From the NCBI GenBank assembly GCA_020354435.1, contig CP070646.1, positions 3,379,818-3,443,817 on the forward strand: a stretch of DNA of 64,000 nt, given 5' to 3'. The first letter of the stretch is position 1; each line of letters begins with the position of its first letter. The notes under the pieces were generated by a model. It did not search any database. It saw only the letters and a list, made by a program, of their open reading frames with translations, and was not told the DNA's origin. The translations under genes were made by a program, and so were the position numbers. Shown here in pieces: positions 10,210 to 20,518 of this stretch. The stretch is from Gammaproteobacteria bacterium (GTDB lineage Bacteria; Pseudomonadota; Gammaproteobacteria; GCA-001735895).

Positions 10210-12345
10210 CTAGCGAATATCGAGGTTCGCGCCCTGCAGGATCTTCGGTGTAACGAAGATCAGAAGCTCGGTGCGGTCGTCGACTTCAACAGTAGACTTG
10301 AACAGGTTGCCGATCAGCGGCAGGTCACTGAAAAACGGCACCCGGGTCACCTGGGTCGTATTCTCGGTTTCGTAGATACCGCCGAGCACCACGGTCTGGC
10401 CATTGTCGACCAGCAGTTGCGATTGCACTTCGCGGGTATCGATACTCGGCGCAAACAGGCCGGAGCCGAAGGCTACCAGTTCGCCCTGGTTGTCCTTGTG
10501 CACGTCCAGATCCATGATTACGCGGTCGTCCGGAGTGATTTGCGGAGTTACCTCGAGCGACAGCACGGCCTTTCTGAACTTCAGTGTGGCATCACCGTCA
10601 TCCAGTTCGAGGTAGGGGATTTCGACACCCTGTTCGATGCGTGCCGTGTGCGAATCGGCGGTGATGACGCGCGGGCTCGAGACGACTTCTCCACGGCCTT
10701 CGATCTGCGCCGCGGACAGCTCCATTTCGAGCAAGGTACCAAGCGGCAACTTGGCCAGCGCCAGGGCAAAGCTACCGGCCGGGTTCTGTACCGGCAGGTT
10801 GACGTTGAGGCTGTCTAGCACGTCCAGAGTGTTATTGTTCGCCAGGTCGGCGACACCGTTCAGCGTGCCGGTAGTAATAGCACCTTTTCCGGTGGTATCG
10901 GTGCCAAAGCTGTCGTTGGTCACACCGAAACGGACACCGAGTTCCTTGCTGAAGTCGTCATTGGCGATAACCACGCGCGACTCGATCAATACCTGGCGTA
11001 CCGGGATATCGAGTTCGGCCAACAGGGTACGTACGTTAGCCAGGCTTGTGTTGGTGTCCTTGACCAGCAGGGTGTTGGTGCGCTCGTCGACACTGACCGA
11101 TCCGCGTGGAGACAGGATTGCGTTGTCCTTCAGCTTGAGCAGCTCGGCCATGTCGGCCGCCTTGGCGTAGTTGACCTTGATGAACTCGGTGCGCAGGCGT
11201 TCGAGTTCCTCGACCTGCTTGCGCGCCTCGAGTTCGAGTTTTTCACGCGCGGCGATTTCGTCTGTGGGCGCGATCAGGATGACGTTGCCAGCACGGCGCT
11301 GATCGAGACCCTTGGTCTTGAGTATGATATCCATTGCCTGGTCCCAGGGGACGTTCTTCAGGCGCAGGGTCAGGTTGCCCTCGACCGAGTCGGAAACCAC
11401 CAGGTTGAGCCCGGTGAAGTCGGCCAGCAACTGCAGTACCGAGCGGACCTCGATATCCTGGAAGTTAAGCGACAGGCGTTCGCCTGTAAAACCGAATTTT
11501 TCCTTCTTTTTCTTCTCCTCCTCTTCCTTGGAGATCGGCGCCACTTCGATCGTGTAAACGCGATCGGTCTGGTAAGCAAGATGTTCGAAGTCGCCGGCGG
11601 AAACGATGCTCATGCGGATATTGGAACCATCCTGGATCGCGTCGATGTGGCTGATGGGTGTGGCAAAGTCACTGACATCCATGCGACGCTGCAGTTCACG
11701 CGGCAGTTGCGAACCGATCAGTTCGACATTGATGACGTTGTTTTCGCGCCAGACGTCGGTGCTGATCGAAGCCGTTGTCATATCGATGATGACGCGGCCT
11801 TCGCCGTTGGGCCCACGCTTGAAGTCGACGTTGGTAACGCCCTTGGCAACCGCGGAGATAGCCTGGGTGGGCTGGCTTACGCTGGCGGTAGTGCCGCTGG
11901 CTTCGGTCTGGCCGGTAGCAACTGCGGGCAGCGCGACCTGCTCGCCGCCGGCGATAGTCAGAGTCACCTGGTTGCCGCTCACGCTGGTGGTGTAGTTGGC
12001 TTTCTGTGACAGGTTTAGTACGACCCGGGTGCGGTTTTTCGATGCCGCCGAAATAATGCTTTGCATGGCGCCGATACCAACCTGCATGTTACGCTGCTCC
12101 AGCTTGTTTTCGGTGTCGCCGAAGTCGAGTGCGATGCGTGCCGGTTCGTCGATGGTAAAGGTTCGTGGGGCGACTGCGGTGTCGTCGAAAGTAAACACGA
12201 CCTGGACCGTGTTCCCAGTCATACCCGAGTAATCGAGGCCAACCAGGGCTCGTGCTGACGCGTCGCCGAAGGCAAGCAGGCAAAGCGCTGTCAGTGAGAC
12301 CTTGAATAGTCTTGTTATGTTCATTTTATTGCTAACACTTTTCAT
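10210..12345 (-). CDS. pilQ: Type IV pilus secretin
   Basis: 711-aa ORF with a signal peptide and a C-terminal secretin domain (VPFFSDLPLIGNLFK). It is the last gene of the pilMNOPQ string. Confidence 0.95.
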   Translation of the reverse strand: MKSVSNKMNITRLFKVSLTALCLLAFGDASARALVGLDYSGMTGNTVQVVFTFDDTAVAPRTFTIDEPARIALDFGDTENKLEQRNMQVGIGAMQSIISAASKNRTRVVLNLSQKANYTTSVSGNQVTLTIAGGEQVALPAVATGQTEASGTTASVSQPTQAISAVAKGVTNVDFKRGPNGEGRVIIDMTTASISTDVWRENNVINVELIGSQLPRELQRRMDVSDFATPISHIDAIQDGSNIRMSIVSAGDFEHLAYQTDRVYTIEVAPISKEEEEKKKKEKFGFTGERLSLNFQDIEVRSVLQLLADFTGLNLVVSDSVEGNLTLRLKNVPWDQAMDIILKTKGLDQRRAGNVILIAPTDEIAAREKLELEARKQVEELERLRTEFIKVNYAKAADMAELLKLKDNAILSPRGSVSVDERTNTLLVKDTNTSLANVRTLLAELDIPVRQVLIESRVVIANDDFSKELGVRFGVTNDSFGTDTTGKGAITTGTLNGVADLANNNTLDVLDSLNVNLPVQNPAGSFALALAKLPLGTLLEMELSAAQIEGRGEVVSSPRVITADSHTARIEQGVEIPYLELDDGDATLKFRKAVLSLEVTPQITPDDRVIMDLDVHKDNQGELVAFGSGLFAPSIDTREVQSQLLVDNGQTVVLGGIYETENTTQVTRVPFFSDLPLIGNLFKSTVEVDDRTELLIFVTPKILQGANLDIR

Positions 12346-12360
12346 GGGTGTTTCCTCTCG

Positions 12361-12909
12361 TTACTCGATCAACGCGACCGCCGATGAGCGTTCGATATAA
12401 TTTCCCAGTCCGTCCGGGACAATTTCTGTCAATTCAATAGCCTGGTCGGAAACCGAGATAATGCGGCCGTGGTTCTGGCCCATGTAATTACCTTCGATGA
12501 CACGGTGTATGGTGTTGTCAGGTGCAAATATCAGACCCCACTTGATCCCGTCCTTGTCGTCGATGGTGCCTTTCAGCCGCAGCGTATCGAGCGGGAAGTC
12601 TTCCAGCGGTTCCTTGACGCGGTCGAGGTCGGGGCGTATTCCGCTGCCGAGTTCGGCAATTTCATCGGGTAACTCATCCGGGCGGCGAAAATCGACCAAT
12701 TTGAAGGGGTCGCGCAAATCGTGCGAGGTGTACTCGAAATTCTGGTAGGGCGTAAATTCGGGGATCGGTTCGATACGGCCGGGCGGCTTCGACCTGATCT
12801 GTTGCACGAACTGTTGCAGGTCGCCCAGACCCTCGCCGCAGCCGCTTAGCCCGCCGACGAGTGCTGCGACCAAGGATAGTTTAAGCAGATTCTGCAATCG
12901 TCCTGTCAT
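12361..12909 (-). CDS. pilP: Type IV pilus assembly lipoprotein
   Basis: 182-aa ORF with a lipobox (LSGC), positioned between pilO and pilQ. Confidence 0.85.
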   Translation of the reverse strand: MTGRLQNLLKLSLVAALVGGLSGCGEGLGDLQQFVQQIRSKPPGRIEPIPEFTPYQNFEYTSHDLRDPFKLVDFRRPDELPDEIAELGSGIRPDLDRVKEPLEDFPLDTLRLKGTIDDKDGIKWGLIFAPDNTIHRVIEGNYMGQNHGRIISVSDQAIELTEIVPDGLGNYIERSSAVALIE

Positions 12910-13511
12910 TGCTCATCCTCCTGCAGATACCGGTAAGTCTTTGCCGTGGCCGACATTTGCAGTTTGTCCGACTCGCTCTCTTCGGATTGTTCGAAGGGTT
13001 CGAGTTTCATGTCGCTGATGGTGACGATTCGCGGCAGCGCCGCAATACCGCTGATGAAAGTGGCGAGCTGGTGATACGAACCAGACACTTCGAGCGCGAT
13101 CGGCAGTTCGGCGTAGAAGCCTTTCTTTTCTTCCGCGCTGGGTTTGAATTTCTTGATCTCGAGGCCAGCGGCGAGGCCGGTTTGGGAGACGTCTACCAGC
13201 AGCGATTCAACCTCGGTGGTTTCCGGCAGCTGCCGCAGCAGGGCGCCGAAGGAGGCTTCCATTTCGGCCAGTTGCTCCTTGTAGAGTTCGAGCTTGGCCG
13301 CCCGGTCCGCCTTGGTCGTGAATTCCTGCTTGAGTTCGAGCTCCTTCCTCTCGTGTGTCTCCAGCACTTTCAATTGCTCTTTCGTATCGAAATAAATGCC
13401 TGCGGCGATAATCGAGACGAACAGGACCCCGAACACGCCGATCTTTACGCCCATCGGCGCAGTGCCGATATTATCCGGCTCCAGGTGGTGTTGCAGTTCT
13501 TCCCAGTTCAT
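12906..13511 (-). CDS. pilO: Type IV pilus assembly protein
   Basis: 201-aa bitopic protein with one N-terminal TM helix and a coiled-coil segment. The call rests on operon position, and it overlaps pilP by 4 nt. Confidence 0.85.
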   Translation of the reverse strand: MNWEELQHHLEPDNIGTAPMGVKIGVFGVLFVSIIAAGIYFDTKEQLKVLETHERKELELKQEFTTKADRAAKLELYKEQLAEMEASFGALLRQLPETTEVESLLVDVSQTGLAAGLEIKKFKPSAEEKKGFYAELPIALEVSGSYHQLATFISGIAALPRIVTISDMKLEPFEQSEESESDKLQMSATAKTYRYLQEDEQ

Positions 13512-14101
13512 TACTGCAGACCTCCATCATCCTGTTCTTCTTCGCCGGTCGCGTTGGGCGATGTTTGCTTCACGGTCAGGGTAAAGGTGCTGATGCGGTT
13601 GACCGTAATATCCTCGATCTCGATGACCGTCAGATTCGGATCCTTGAGCCATTCGGAAGCGGACAGGTTACGCATATAGGTCGAAACCCGCGCGTTCGAT
13701 TCGGCCTGGCCGTTGATCAGCAGGCTGCTGCCGGTCTGGGCCAGCGACTCGAGGTAAACGCCGTTAGGCACGGTGGACACGATCTCGGAAAACAGGTGCA
13801 CGATCGACGGCCGGCTGGCCTGCAGGTCCTGGATGACTTCCATACGCTCGATCAGGCTGCGGCGTACCTTTTGCAGTTCGCGGATTTCCTTGATTTCATC
13901 GTCGAGCTTCTTGATTTCATTGGTCAGGAACAGATTACGCGACAGCTGGTAATCGATCTTGGCCTGCATCTGGAAGTGGATCAGGCCGACGATGGCTGCG
14001 GCCAGCACCGCAACCATGCCCAGCATGACTGCGAAATCCTTTTTTTGCTTCTGGCGATGCTCTTCGCGCCAGGGCAACAGGTTGATCGTTGTCATGACCA
14101 T
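13511..14101 (-). CDS. pilN: Type IV pilus assembly protein
   Basis: 196-aa ORF with the conserved N-terminal INLLPWRE motif followed by a TM helix. Confidence 0.85.
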   Translation of the reverse strand: MVMTTINLLPWREEHRQKQKKDFAVMLGMVAVLAAAIVGLIHFQMQAKIDYQLSRNLFLTNEIKKLDDEIKEIRELQKVRRSLIERMEVIQDLQASRPSIVHLFSEIVSTVPNGVYLESLAQTGSSLLINGQAESNARVSTYMRNLSASEWLKDPNLTVIEIEDITVNRISTFTLTVKQTSPNATGEEEQDDGGLQ

Positions 14102-15165
14102 TTGTATTCAACTCCTCGGATGGCTAGTCCAGCAGCAATCAGGAAGGAGGGCGCATCTGCTTCCAGGTTGGCCTTGTTGACCCGGCTCGATGAAGACATG
14201 TCGGCAAACGGGTTTGCGATCGTCGTCGGCACGCCAATGTGAGACTCGGTCAATTCGGCCAGATTCGGTAAAGAGGCAGTACCCCCGGCCAGCACCAGGT
14301 GGTCGATATCCCCGATCGGTCCGCCGGCGGAGTAAAAGAATTGCAGAAAGCGGCTGACCTGCTGGGCCGTGGTTTCCTTGAACGGTTCGAGTACTTCGGG
14401 TTCATAGTTATCGGGCAAGCCGCCCTGGCGCTTGGCGAGACCGGCTTCTTCGTAAGACAGGCCGTAACGGCGCATGATTTCCTCGGTCAGCTGTTTACCG
14501 CCGAAGTTTTGCTCCCGCGTGTAAATCAGCTGATGATTATGTATGACGCTGAGCGAGGTCATGGTTGCGCCGATGTCGACAATGGCAATGGTTTTGTCCA
14601 TGCCTTCGTCGGGCATTTGCGAGGCCATTGCCGAAAATACGGTTTCGACGGTATAGGCTTCGATATCGACTATTTTAGGCGTCAGGCCGGCGAGTTCGAC
14701 CGCGGCGACGCGGTCATCGACGTTTTCGCTGCGACAGGCGGCTAACAGGACGTCGACGGTTTCGGGATTGGTTTCGGTCTCGCCGATAATGTGAAAATCG
14801 AGGTTGACTTCTTCGAGAGGATAGGGAATGTACTGGTCGGCCTCGAGCTGAATCTGCCCTTCCATTTCGTCTTCACTGAGACTGGCTGGCATGGTAATTT
14901 TTTTCGTGATAACCGATGATCCGGATACCGCGATGGCACAAAATTTCGATTTTATTTTTGACTTGGCGAGCGCACGCTTTACACTCTCGCCTACAGATTC
15001 TACTTCGGCGACATTTTTTTCGACGACGGCATTTGCGGGCAGGGGCTCAACTCCGATACCCTCGATTCGGTAGCTGGAACCGGTTTTACTCAGTTCCATC
15101 AACTTGACCGATGTTGAGCTGATATCTAGCCCAATAAGCGGTGGATTTTTACGCGATAGAAACAC
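14092..15165 (-). CDS. pilM: Type IV pilus assembly ATPase-like (actin fold) protein
   Basis: 357-aa ORF with IGLDISSTSVKL (actin/FtsA-like fold). It has a GTG start preceded by GAGGGA. Confidence 0.9.
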   Translation of the reverse strand: MFLSRKNPPLIGLDISSTSVKLMELSKTGSSYRIEGIGVEPLPANAVVEKNVAEVESVGESVKRALAKSKIKSKFCAIAVSGSSVITKKITMPASLSEDEMEGQIQLEADQYIPYPLEEVNLDFHIIGETETNPETVDVLLAACRSENVDDRVAAVELAGLTPKIVDIEAYTVETVFSAMASQMPDEGMDKTIAIVDIGATMTSLSVIHNHQLIYTREQNFGGKQLTEEIMRRYGLSYEEAGLAKRQGGLPDNYEPEVLEPFKETTAQQVSRFLQFFYSAGGPIGDIDHLVLAGGTASLPNLAELTESHIGVPTTIANPFADMSSSSRVNKANLEADAPSFLIAAGLAIRGVEYKWS

Positions 15166-15342
15166 CGATATCCCTCGTCAACGTGCCTGTTGTACTCAAT
15201 CTTATATAACAAATTACATTAAGATCTAGTTGTAAGTATATAGAATGTTAAATTATTCTAATTAGCCAAAAAAGAGTCTAGTGCAAGAATTTAAACTTGT
15301 CGATACTTTTCAAGTGATTCGTGATGTATATAGCCTAACTTG

Positions 15343-18003
15343 ATGAAAAAGCTAGTAAAAATTGTGTCATGGCTGTTTGCGGCCGGTTCGATCGTTCTGA
15401 TCGCCGGTGGATTCTATATTTATGCCGTGATGGTGCCGGCCTTGCCGTCGATCGACCACCTCGAGGACGCCCAGTATCAGGTGCCGCTGCGCGTCTACGA
15501 CAAGAACGAAGTCCTGCTCGCGGAGTTCGGCGAGCATCGTCGTATCCCGGTCGATTTCGACAAGATTCCGCGCTATCTGATCGACGCCGTGGTGGCGGTC
15601 GAGGACGACCAGTTCTGGAACCACGTGGGCGTCGATTTTTACGCCCTGCTGGCGGCGGCCTACGAGGTCGCCACTACCGGTCGCAAAACCCGCGGTGGCA
15701 GTACCATTACGATGCAGGTCGCGCGTAACTTTTTCCTCAGCCCGGAACAGACTTATACACGCAAGTTCAACGAAATCCTGCTGGCGCTGAAAATCGAAAG
15801 CGAGTTCTCCAAGGAAAAAATCATGGAGCTCTATCTGAACAAGATCTTTCTCGGGCACCGCGCCTACGGCATCAGCGCGGCGTCGCAGGTTTATTACGAT
15901 AAAAACCTCGCAGACCTGACGCTGGCGCAGGCGGCGATGATCGCCGGACTGCCGAAAGCGCCGTCAAAGTACAACCCGATTTCCAATCCGGAAAGAGCGC
16001 TGACCCGGCGCAACTACATTCTCGGGCGTATGCGCATTCTTGAATATATCGACGAGGAAGAGTTTCAGCTCGCGTTGAACGAGCCGATTACCGCCGAGTT
16101 GCACAAAACCCGGACCATCGCCGACGCGCAGTACGTCTCCGAGCTGGTACGCGCTCAACTGTTCGAACAGTACGGTGAAGCAATCTACAAGGCCGGGCTC
16201 AAGGTTTTCACCAGTATCGACGGTGAAATGCAGGCGGTTGCCAATCGCACGCTTCGACGCTCGCTGCTCGATTACTATCGCCGCCACGGTTATCGCGGCG
16301 TCATCGGCAATATCGATCTGACCGAAGTCAACCAAGACCCCTTCGACGAAGACCTGGTTGTGGATAATCGTGTCGGCGGTCTGCGCAAGGGTATCGTGAT
16401 CTCGGTCAACGAAGCGATGCCCATTGTCGGTGAAACCGATGACGAGGGCGAACCGAAGATGACCCCCGCCAGTGCGACGGTGCTGATTTCCAACTACGAG
16501 CAGATCGACCTGCCGTTCGAAGGCGGCATCGATTGGGCCCTGCCTTTCATCGACGAAGATAACCAGGGACCCAAACCGGAAAAGGTCGCCGATGTGCTCG
16601 CCGTCGGGGACGTGATCTGGCTGGAGGAGCGTGACGGCCAGTGGCTACTGGCCGACGTGCCGCGTATCGAGGGTGCGCTGGTTTCGATCAATCCTGCAGA
16701 TGGTGGTATTCAGGCCATGGTCGGTGGATTCGATTATTTCAAGAACAAGTTCAACCGCGCGACACAGGCGCGGCGTCAGCCAGGCTCCAATTTCAAGCCC
16801 TTCATTTACTCGGCGGCGCTGGAAAAGGGTTATACCGCAGCAAGCATTATCAACGATGCGCCGGTGGTGTTCGACGACGACTCGCTCGAGGCGACCTGGC
16901 GGCCGGAGAATTACTCGGGCAAATTTTACGGGCCGACGCGCATGCGTGAAGCCCTGGTCAAATCTCGTAACCTGGTTTCGATCCGTATCCTGCAATCTAT
17001 CGGTTTGCGTTACGCCACCAACTACTTGCAGCGCTTCGGATTCGAGCGCGACAAGATGCCCTACGATTTGTCACTGGCGCTCGGCAGCGGCAGCTATTCA
17101 CCGTTGCAGATGGTTCGTGCCTACGCGGTATTTTCCAACGGCGGCTACCTGATCGAACCCTATATCATCAGTCGCGTCGAGTCGGGCAACGGTGACGTGA
17201 TTTTCCTCAACAATCCGTTAACCGTGTGCCAGGGCTGCGAGGAAGAGAATCTCGAACTTCTGAGCGAGGCCGAGGCAGCTGCCGCGGCGGAGCAGGAGGC
17301 GGCGCTGGCGGCCGAGGCGCAGTCGTCGGTTGAACAGGAGCAGGTGCAGGTATCCGAAGTGGCTGAGACCGAGGTGCTCGCGAGTGACGACAGTGGAGAG
17401 CAATTGACCGCGTCCATAGAGGCCGAGGCCGAGGTCGAGGTTCTTTTCGAACCGGTCGAGGTCGAACTCGAACCGAGGTATGCGCCGCGCGTCATCTCCG
17501 CCCAAAACGCGTTCATCATGCGTTCGATGATGCGTGAAGTCGTGCAACGTGGCACGGCAGTCCGCGCCAAGGCGCTAGGTCGTTCGGACATTGCCGGCAA
17601 GACCGGTACCACCAATGATCAGATTGATGCCTGGTTCAGTGGTTTCAACGATCAGGTTGTGACGACTACCTGGGTGGGTTTCGACAATCAGCGCAAGATG
17701 GGCCGGCGTGAAACCGGTAGCCGCGCGGCGTTGCCAATGTGGATCGAGTTCATGAAGGTTGCGCTCGACGGGCGTCCGGAAAACCTGCAGGAGCAGCCCC
17801 AAGGCCTGGTGACGATTCGCATTGACGCCGAAACGGGTAAGCGCGCCGGACTCGATACCGGCCAAAGCCTGTTCGAGGTATTTCGTGAAGAGAATGCGCC
17901 GCGCGAGATTGCCGCGGTCGAGACTTCCACCAGCAGCGATGGCGGTAGCGTGATCGTTGATGTGCCCGAGACGGAAGAAGAAATCGTCGAGGACATCTTT
18001 TAA
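15343..18003 (+). CDS. mrcA: Penicillin-binding protein 1A (bifunctional transglycosylase/transpeptidase)
   Basis: Glycosyltransferase motifs EDDQFWNHVG and RKFNE, and transpeptidase motifs SNFK, SRN and KTGTT. It is divergent from pilM as in many gammaproteobacteria. I prefer the ATG at 15343 (the track starts at a TTG at 15340). Confidence 0.95.
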   Translation: MKKLVKIVSWLFAAGSIVLIAGGFYIYAVMVPALPSIDHLEDAQYQVPLRVYDKNEVLLAEFGEHRRIPVDFDKIPRYLIDAVVAVEDDQFWNHVGVDFYALLAAAYEVATTGRKTRGGSTITMQVARNFFLSPEQTYTRKFNEILLALKIESEFSKEKIMELYLNKIFLGHRAYGISAASQVYYDKNLADLTLAQAAMIAGLPKAPSKYNPISNPERALTRRNYILGRMRILEYIDEEEFQLALNEPITAELHKTRTIADAQYVSELVRAQLFEQYGEAIYKAGLKVFTSIDGEMQAVANRTLRRSLLDYYRRHGYRGVIGNIDLTEVNQDPFDEDLVVDNRVGGLRKGIVISVNEAMPIVGETDDEGEPKMTPASATVLISNYEQIDLPFEGGIDWALPFIDEDNQGPKPEKVADVLAVGDVIWLEERDGQWLLADVPRIEGALVSINPADGGIQAMVGGFDYFKNKFNRATQARRQPGSNFKPFIYSAALEKGYTAASIINDAPVVFDDDSLEATWRPENYSGKFYGPTRMREALVKSRNLVSIRILQSIGLRYATNYLQRFGFERDKMPYDLSLALGSGSYSPLQMVRAYAVFSNGGYLIEPYIISRVESGNGDVIFLNNPLTVCQGCEEENLELLSEAEAAAAAEQEAALAAEAQSSVEQEQVQVSEVAETEVLASDDSGEQLTASIEAEAEVEVLFEPVEVELEPRYAPRVISAQNAFIMRSMMREVVQRGTAVRAKALGRSDIAGKTGTTNDQIDAWFSGFNDQVVTTTWVGFDNQRKMGRRETGSRAALPMWIEFMKVALDGRPENLQEQPQGLVTIRIDAETGKRAGLDTGQSLFEVFREENAPREIAAVETSTSSDGGSVIVDVPETEEEIVEDIF

Positions 18004-18336
18004 CCGGGTATCCATGCCGTAACGGTAAAACACAACGACAATTGTGGCTCATGTGCGAGATCCCGGATATTTGCTGCGCAAATTTCGGGACGACCTGCGG
18101 TCGTTTTTCACGCTGGCGGCGTTGAAATCGTACTCGCTCGGTCATTTACCCAATCGTAAACTCCCTCGCTGCGTGCGATTTCGCCTTGCCAGCGTAAAAA
18201 ATACCGGCGCGCAAGCGGGTTAAAAGCTTCCTGGGAATTTAACGTCATACCGCGGCTCTACCGCGGTAGTCAGCCCAAAGGAGTAAACGAATTTCGCTGT
18301 ATCTCGCCGGTTCGACGTGTCGGATCGAGTTGCGGG

Positions 18337-19407
18337 CTATTTGCGGATGTCGAAGCCGAATTCGTGTACGGCGTCGATGAGCACGCCGAGGTGTTCGGGA
18401 TTGACCGTTTGATGAATGCCGTGGCCGAGATTGAAAACATGTCCCGGATGATTGCCGAAGCGGGTAATGATCTCTCCGGCCTTGTCGCGAATCTTGTCCG
18501 GATCGGCGTAGAGTACACAGGGGTCGAGGTTGCCCTGAAGCGCGACGCGATCGCCAATGCGCCTGCGCGCTTCGTCGATATCGATGGTCCAGTCCAGCCC
18601 GACCGCATTACAGCCGCTATCGGCAATTGCTTCCAGCCATTGCGCGCCACCCTTGGTGAACAGCGTCACCGGCACCGGCTGGCCGTCGATTTCGCGCTTG
18701 AGTCCGGCGACGATGCGGGACATGTAATCGAGTGAAAAATCACGATAGGTCTGTGGCGTCAACACGCCGCCCCAGGTGTCGAATATCATGACCGCCTGCG
18801 CGCCGGCTTCGATTTGCGCGTTCAGGTAGGCGGTAACGGCCTGTGCCAGTTTGTCGAGCAGCAGGTGTAGCGTTGCCGGGTCATCGTACATCAAGCCCTT
18901 GATGTGGCGGTACTCCTTGGAGCTGCCGCCTTCGACCATGTAGGTCGACAGGGTCCACGGGCTGCCGCTAAAACCGATCAAAGGAACCTGTCCATCCAGT
19001 TCGCGGCGAATCAGGCTGACCGCATCGGTGACGTAACGCAGTTTTTCCGCCGGATCGGGTACGCCCAGACGCTGGATCGCATCCGCACTGCGCAGCGGGT
19101 GTTCGAACTTGGGGCCTTCTCCCTCGGCGAAATACAGCCCGAGGCCCATCGCATCCGGAATTGTCAGGATGTCGGAAAACAGAATGGCGGCGTCCAGCGC
19201 GAAGCGGCGTAGCGGCTGCAGCGTTACCTCGCAGGCGAGTTCCGTGTTCTTGCACAGGTCGAGAAAACTGCCGGCCTGTTTGCGGGTTTCACGGTATTCC
19301 GGCAGATAACGGCCGGCCTGGCGCATGATCCAGACCGGTGTGGTATCGGTGGGTTGCCGCAGCAGGGCCTTGATCAGACGATCGTTCTTGAGTGTCGGAA
19401 ATCCCAT
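18337..19407 (-). CDS. hemE: Uroporphyrinogen decarboxylase
   Basis: 356-aa ORF with the conserved N-terminal [15 protein letters not shown] motif. Confidence 0.95.
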   Translation of the reverse strand: MGFPTLKNDRLIKALLRQPTDTTPVWIMRQAGRYLPEYRETRKQAGSFLDLCKNTELACEVTLQPLRRFALDAAILFSDILTIPDAMGLGLYFAEGEGPKFEHPLRSADAIQRLGVPDPAEKLRYVTDAVSLIRRELDGQVPLIGFSGSPWTLSTYMVEGGSSKEYRHIKGLMYDDPATLHLLLDKLAQAVTAYLNAQIEAGAQAVMIFDTWGGVLTPQTYRDFSLDYMSRIVAGLKREIDGQPVPVTLFTKGGAQWLEAIADSGCNAVGLDWTIDIDEARRRIGDRVALQGNLDPCVLYADPDKIRDKAGEIITRFGNHPGHVFNLGHGIHQTVNPEHLGVLIDAVHEFGFDIRK

Positions 19408-19670
19408 CAGGCTTCCGTGTGATAGAGGATGCCCCGGACTGCCTGGCGCCCCGAGTAAATGGCGTTCACGACGTGATCGAAGGCGCCTGCCATGTCGCCG
19501 CCGGCAAATATTTCCGGATTGCGGATGCGCAAAGAAAGAGCATCCTCGTCGGCGCCTTCCCGCTGTTCGTGATCGCCATGGAATTGACCGAATTGCCCGA
19601 ATCGAACGAATACCGGTTCTTTCCCGGTATCGGTGCGTTGTACCTCCAGGAACCGGAATACGTCTGACAT
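19407..19670 (-). pseudogene. 87-codon remnant resembling the C-terminus of a GltD-like FAD/NAD(P) oxidoreductase
   Basis: It contains IFAGGDMAG...[12 protein letters not shown], the terminal FAD-binding xFAxGD...GRxAA pattern, which is also present in the intact GltD of this window (VFACGDAR...[12 protein letters not shown]). It is far too short for the fold. There is no Shine-Dalgarno sequence, and its last base overlaps the hemE start. Confidence 0.35.
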
Positions 19671-19690
19671 TATTAAGGAGTACCGCTTGC

Positions 19691-20143
19691 CTAGCCGGAA
19701 AGCCGCGATTTGATCAGCTGGCTAACCTGGCCCATGTCTGCGCGACCCTGCAGCTGGGGCTTGAGCATGCCCATGACCTTGCCCATGTCCTTGATCGTGG
19801 CGGCGCCGGTGGCCGCGATCGACTGCTCGACGAGATCGTTGATTTCTGCCTCGGACAGCGCCTCGGGCAGGTACTCCTGAATGATTTCCAGCTCGGCCTG
19901 TTCGATCGCGACCAGATCGTCTCTATTCGCCTTTTCGAATTGCGTGATCGATTCACGACGCTGTTTGGCCATTTTATCGAGCACCGCCGTTATGCGGGTG
20001 TCATCGAGCTCGATACGTTCGTCGACCTCGATTTGCTTGATTGCGGACAACATGAGACGGATAACGCCCAGACGGTTCTTGTCACCGCCTTTCATCGATG
20101 ACTTCATGTCAGCCTGTAGCTGCGACTTGAGGGTTTCCGACAT
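19691..20143 (-). CDS. GatB/YqeY domain protein
   Basis: 150-aa ORF with N-terminal [18 protein letters not shown] typical of YqeY-like proteins. It sits directly downstream of rpsU. Confidence 0.85.
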   Translation of the reverse strand: MSETLKSQLQADMKSSMKGGDKNRLGVIRLMLSAIKQIEVDERIELDDTRITAVLDKMAKQRRESITQFEKANRDDLVAIEQAELEIIQEYLPEALSEAEINDLVEQSIAATGAATIKDMGKVMGMLKPQLQGRADMGQVSQLIKSRLSG

Positions 20144-20150
20144 GTTGCGA

Positions 20151-20366
20151 TTAGTACAGGCGTTTGCGGGTACTGAAGTCCTTGGAGATGCGCTTGAAAT
20201 TGCGTTTTACCGCGGCGGCTGATTTGCGCTTGCGCACGGCGGTAGGTTTTTCGTAGTGTTGACGACGACGAGTCTCGGTGAGTACACCGGCTTTTTCGCA
20301 GGAGCGCTTGAATCGGCGCAGCGCGAAATCGAACGGCTCGTTGTCCTTTACTTTGACTGATGGCAT
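20151..20366 (-). CDS. rpsU: 30S ribosomal protein S21
   Basis: 71-aa ORF beginning [28 protein letters not shown]. Confidence 0.95.
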   Translation of the reverse strand: MPSVKVKDNEPFDFALRRFKRSCEKAGVLTETRRRQHYEKPTAVRKRKSAAAVKRNFKRISKDFSTRKRLY

Positions 20367-20518
20367 ATTAAATAGTCCAGTTCGTTAACAATGGTGCCGG
20401 CTTGGCGGCCCCGGCTTCGGGAGCCGGCCAATTATAAGCAGGCGGCACCAAATATCAATCGCAATCCTAGACGAATCTCTGCAAAATGCAGGACCTGGAT
20501 CAATTTAGCCCGGTTTTT

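Noticed and set aside
18004-18336. 333-bp ponA/hemE convergent gap inspected for an sRNA, tRNA or small ORF
   Set aside because: It contains only two short hairpins (CGACC-TGC-GGTCG followed by TTTTT at about 18097-18114, and TACCGCGG-N5-CCGCGGTA at about 18249-18269). The only ORF is a 24-codon one without an RBS. There is no cloverleaf-like or known RNA signature that I can recognise.
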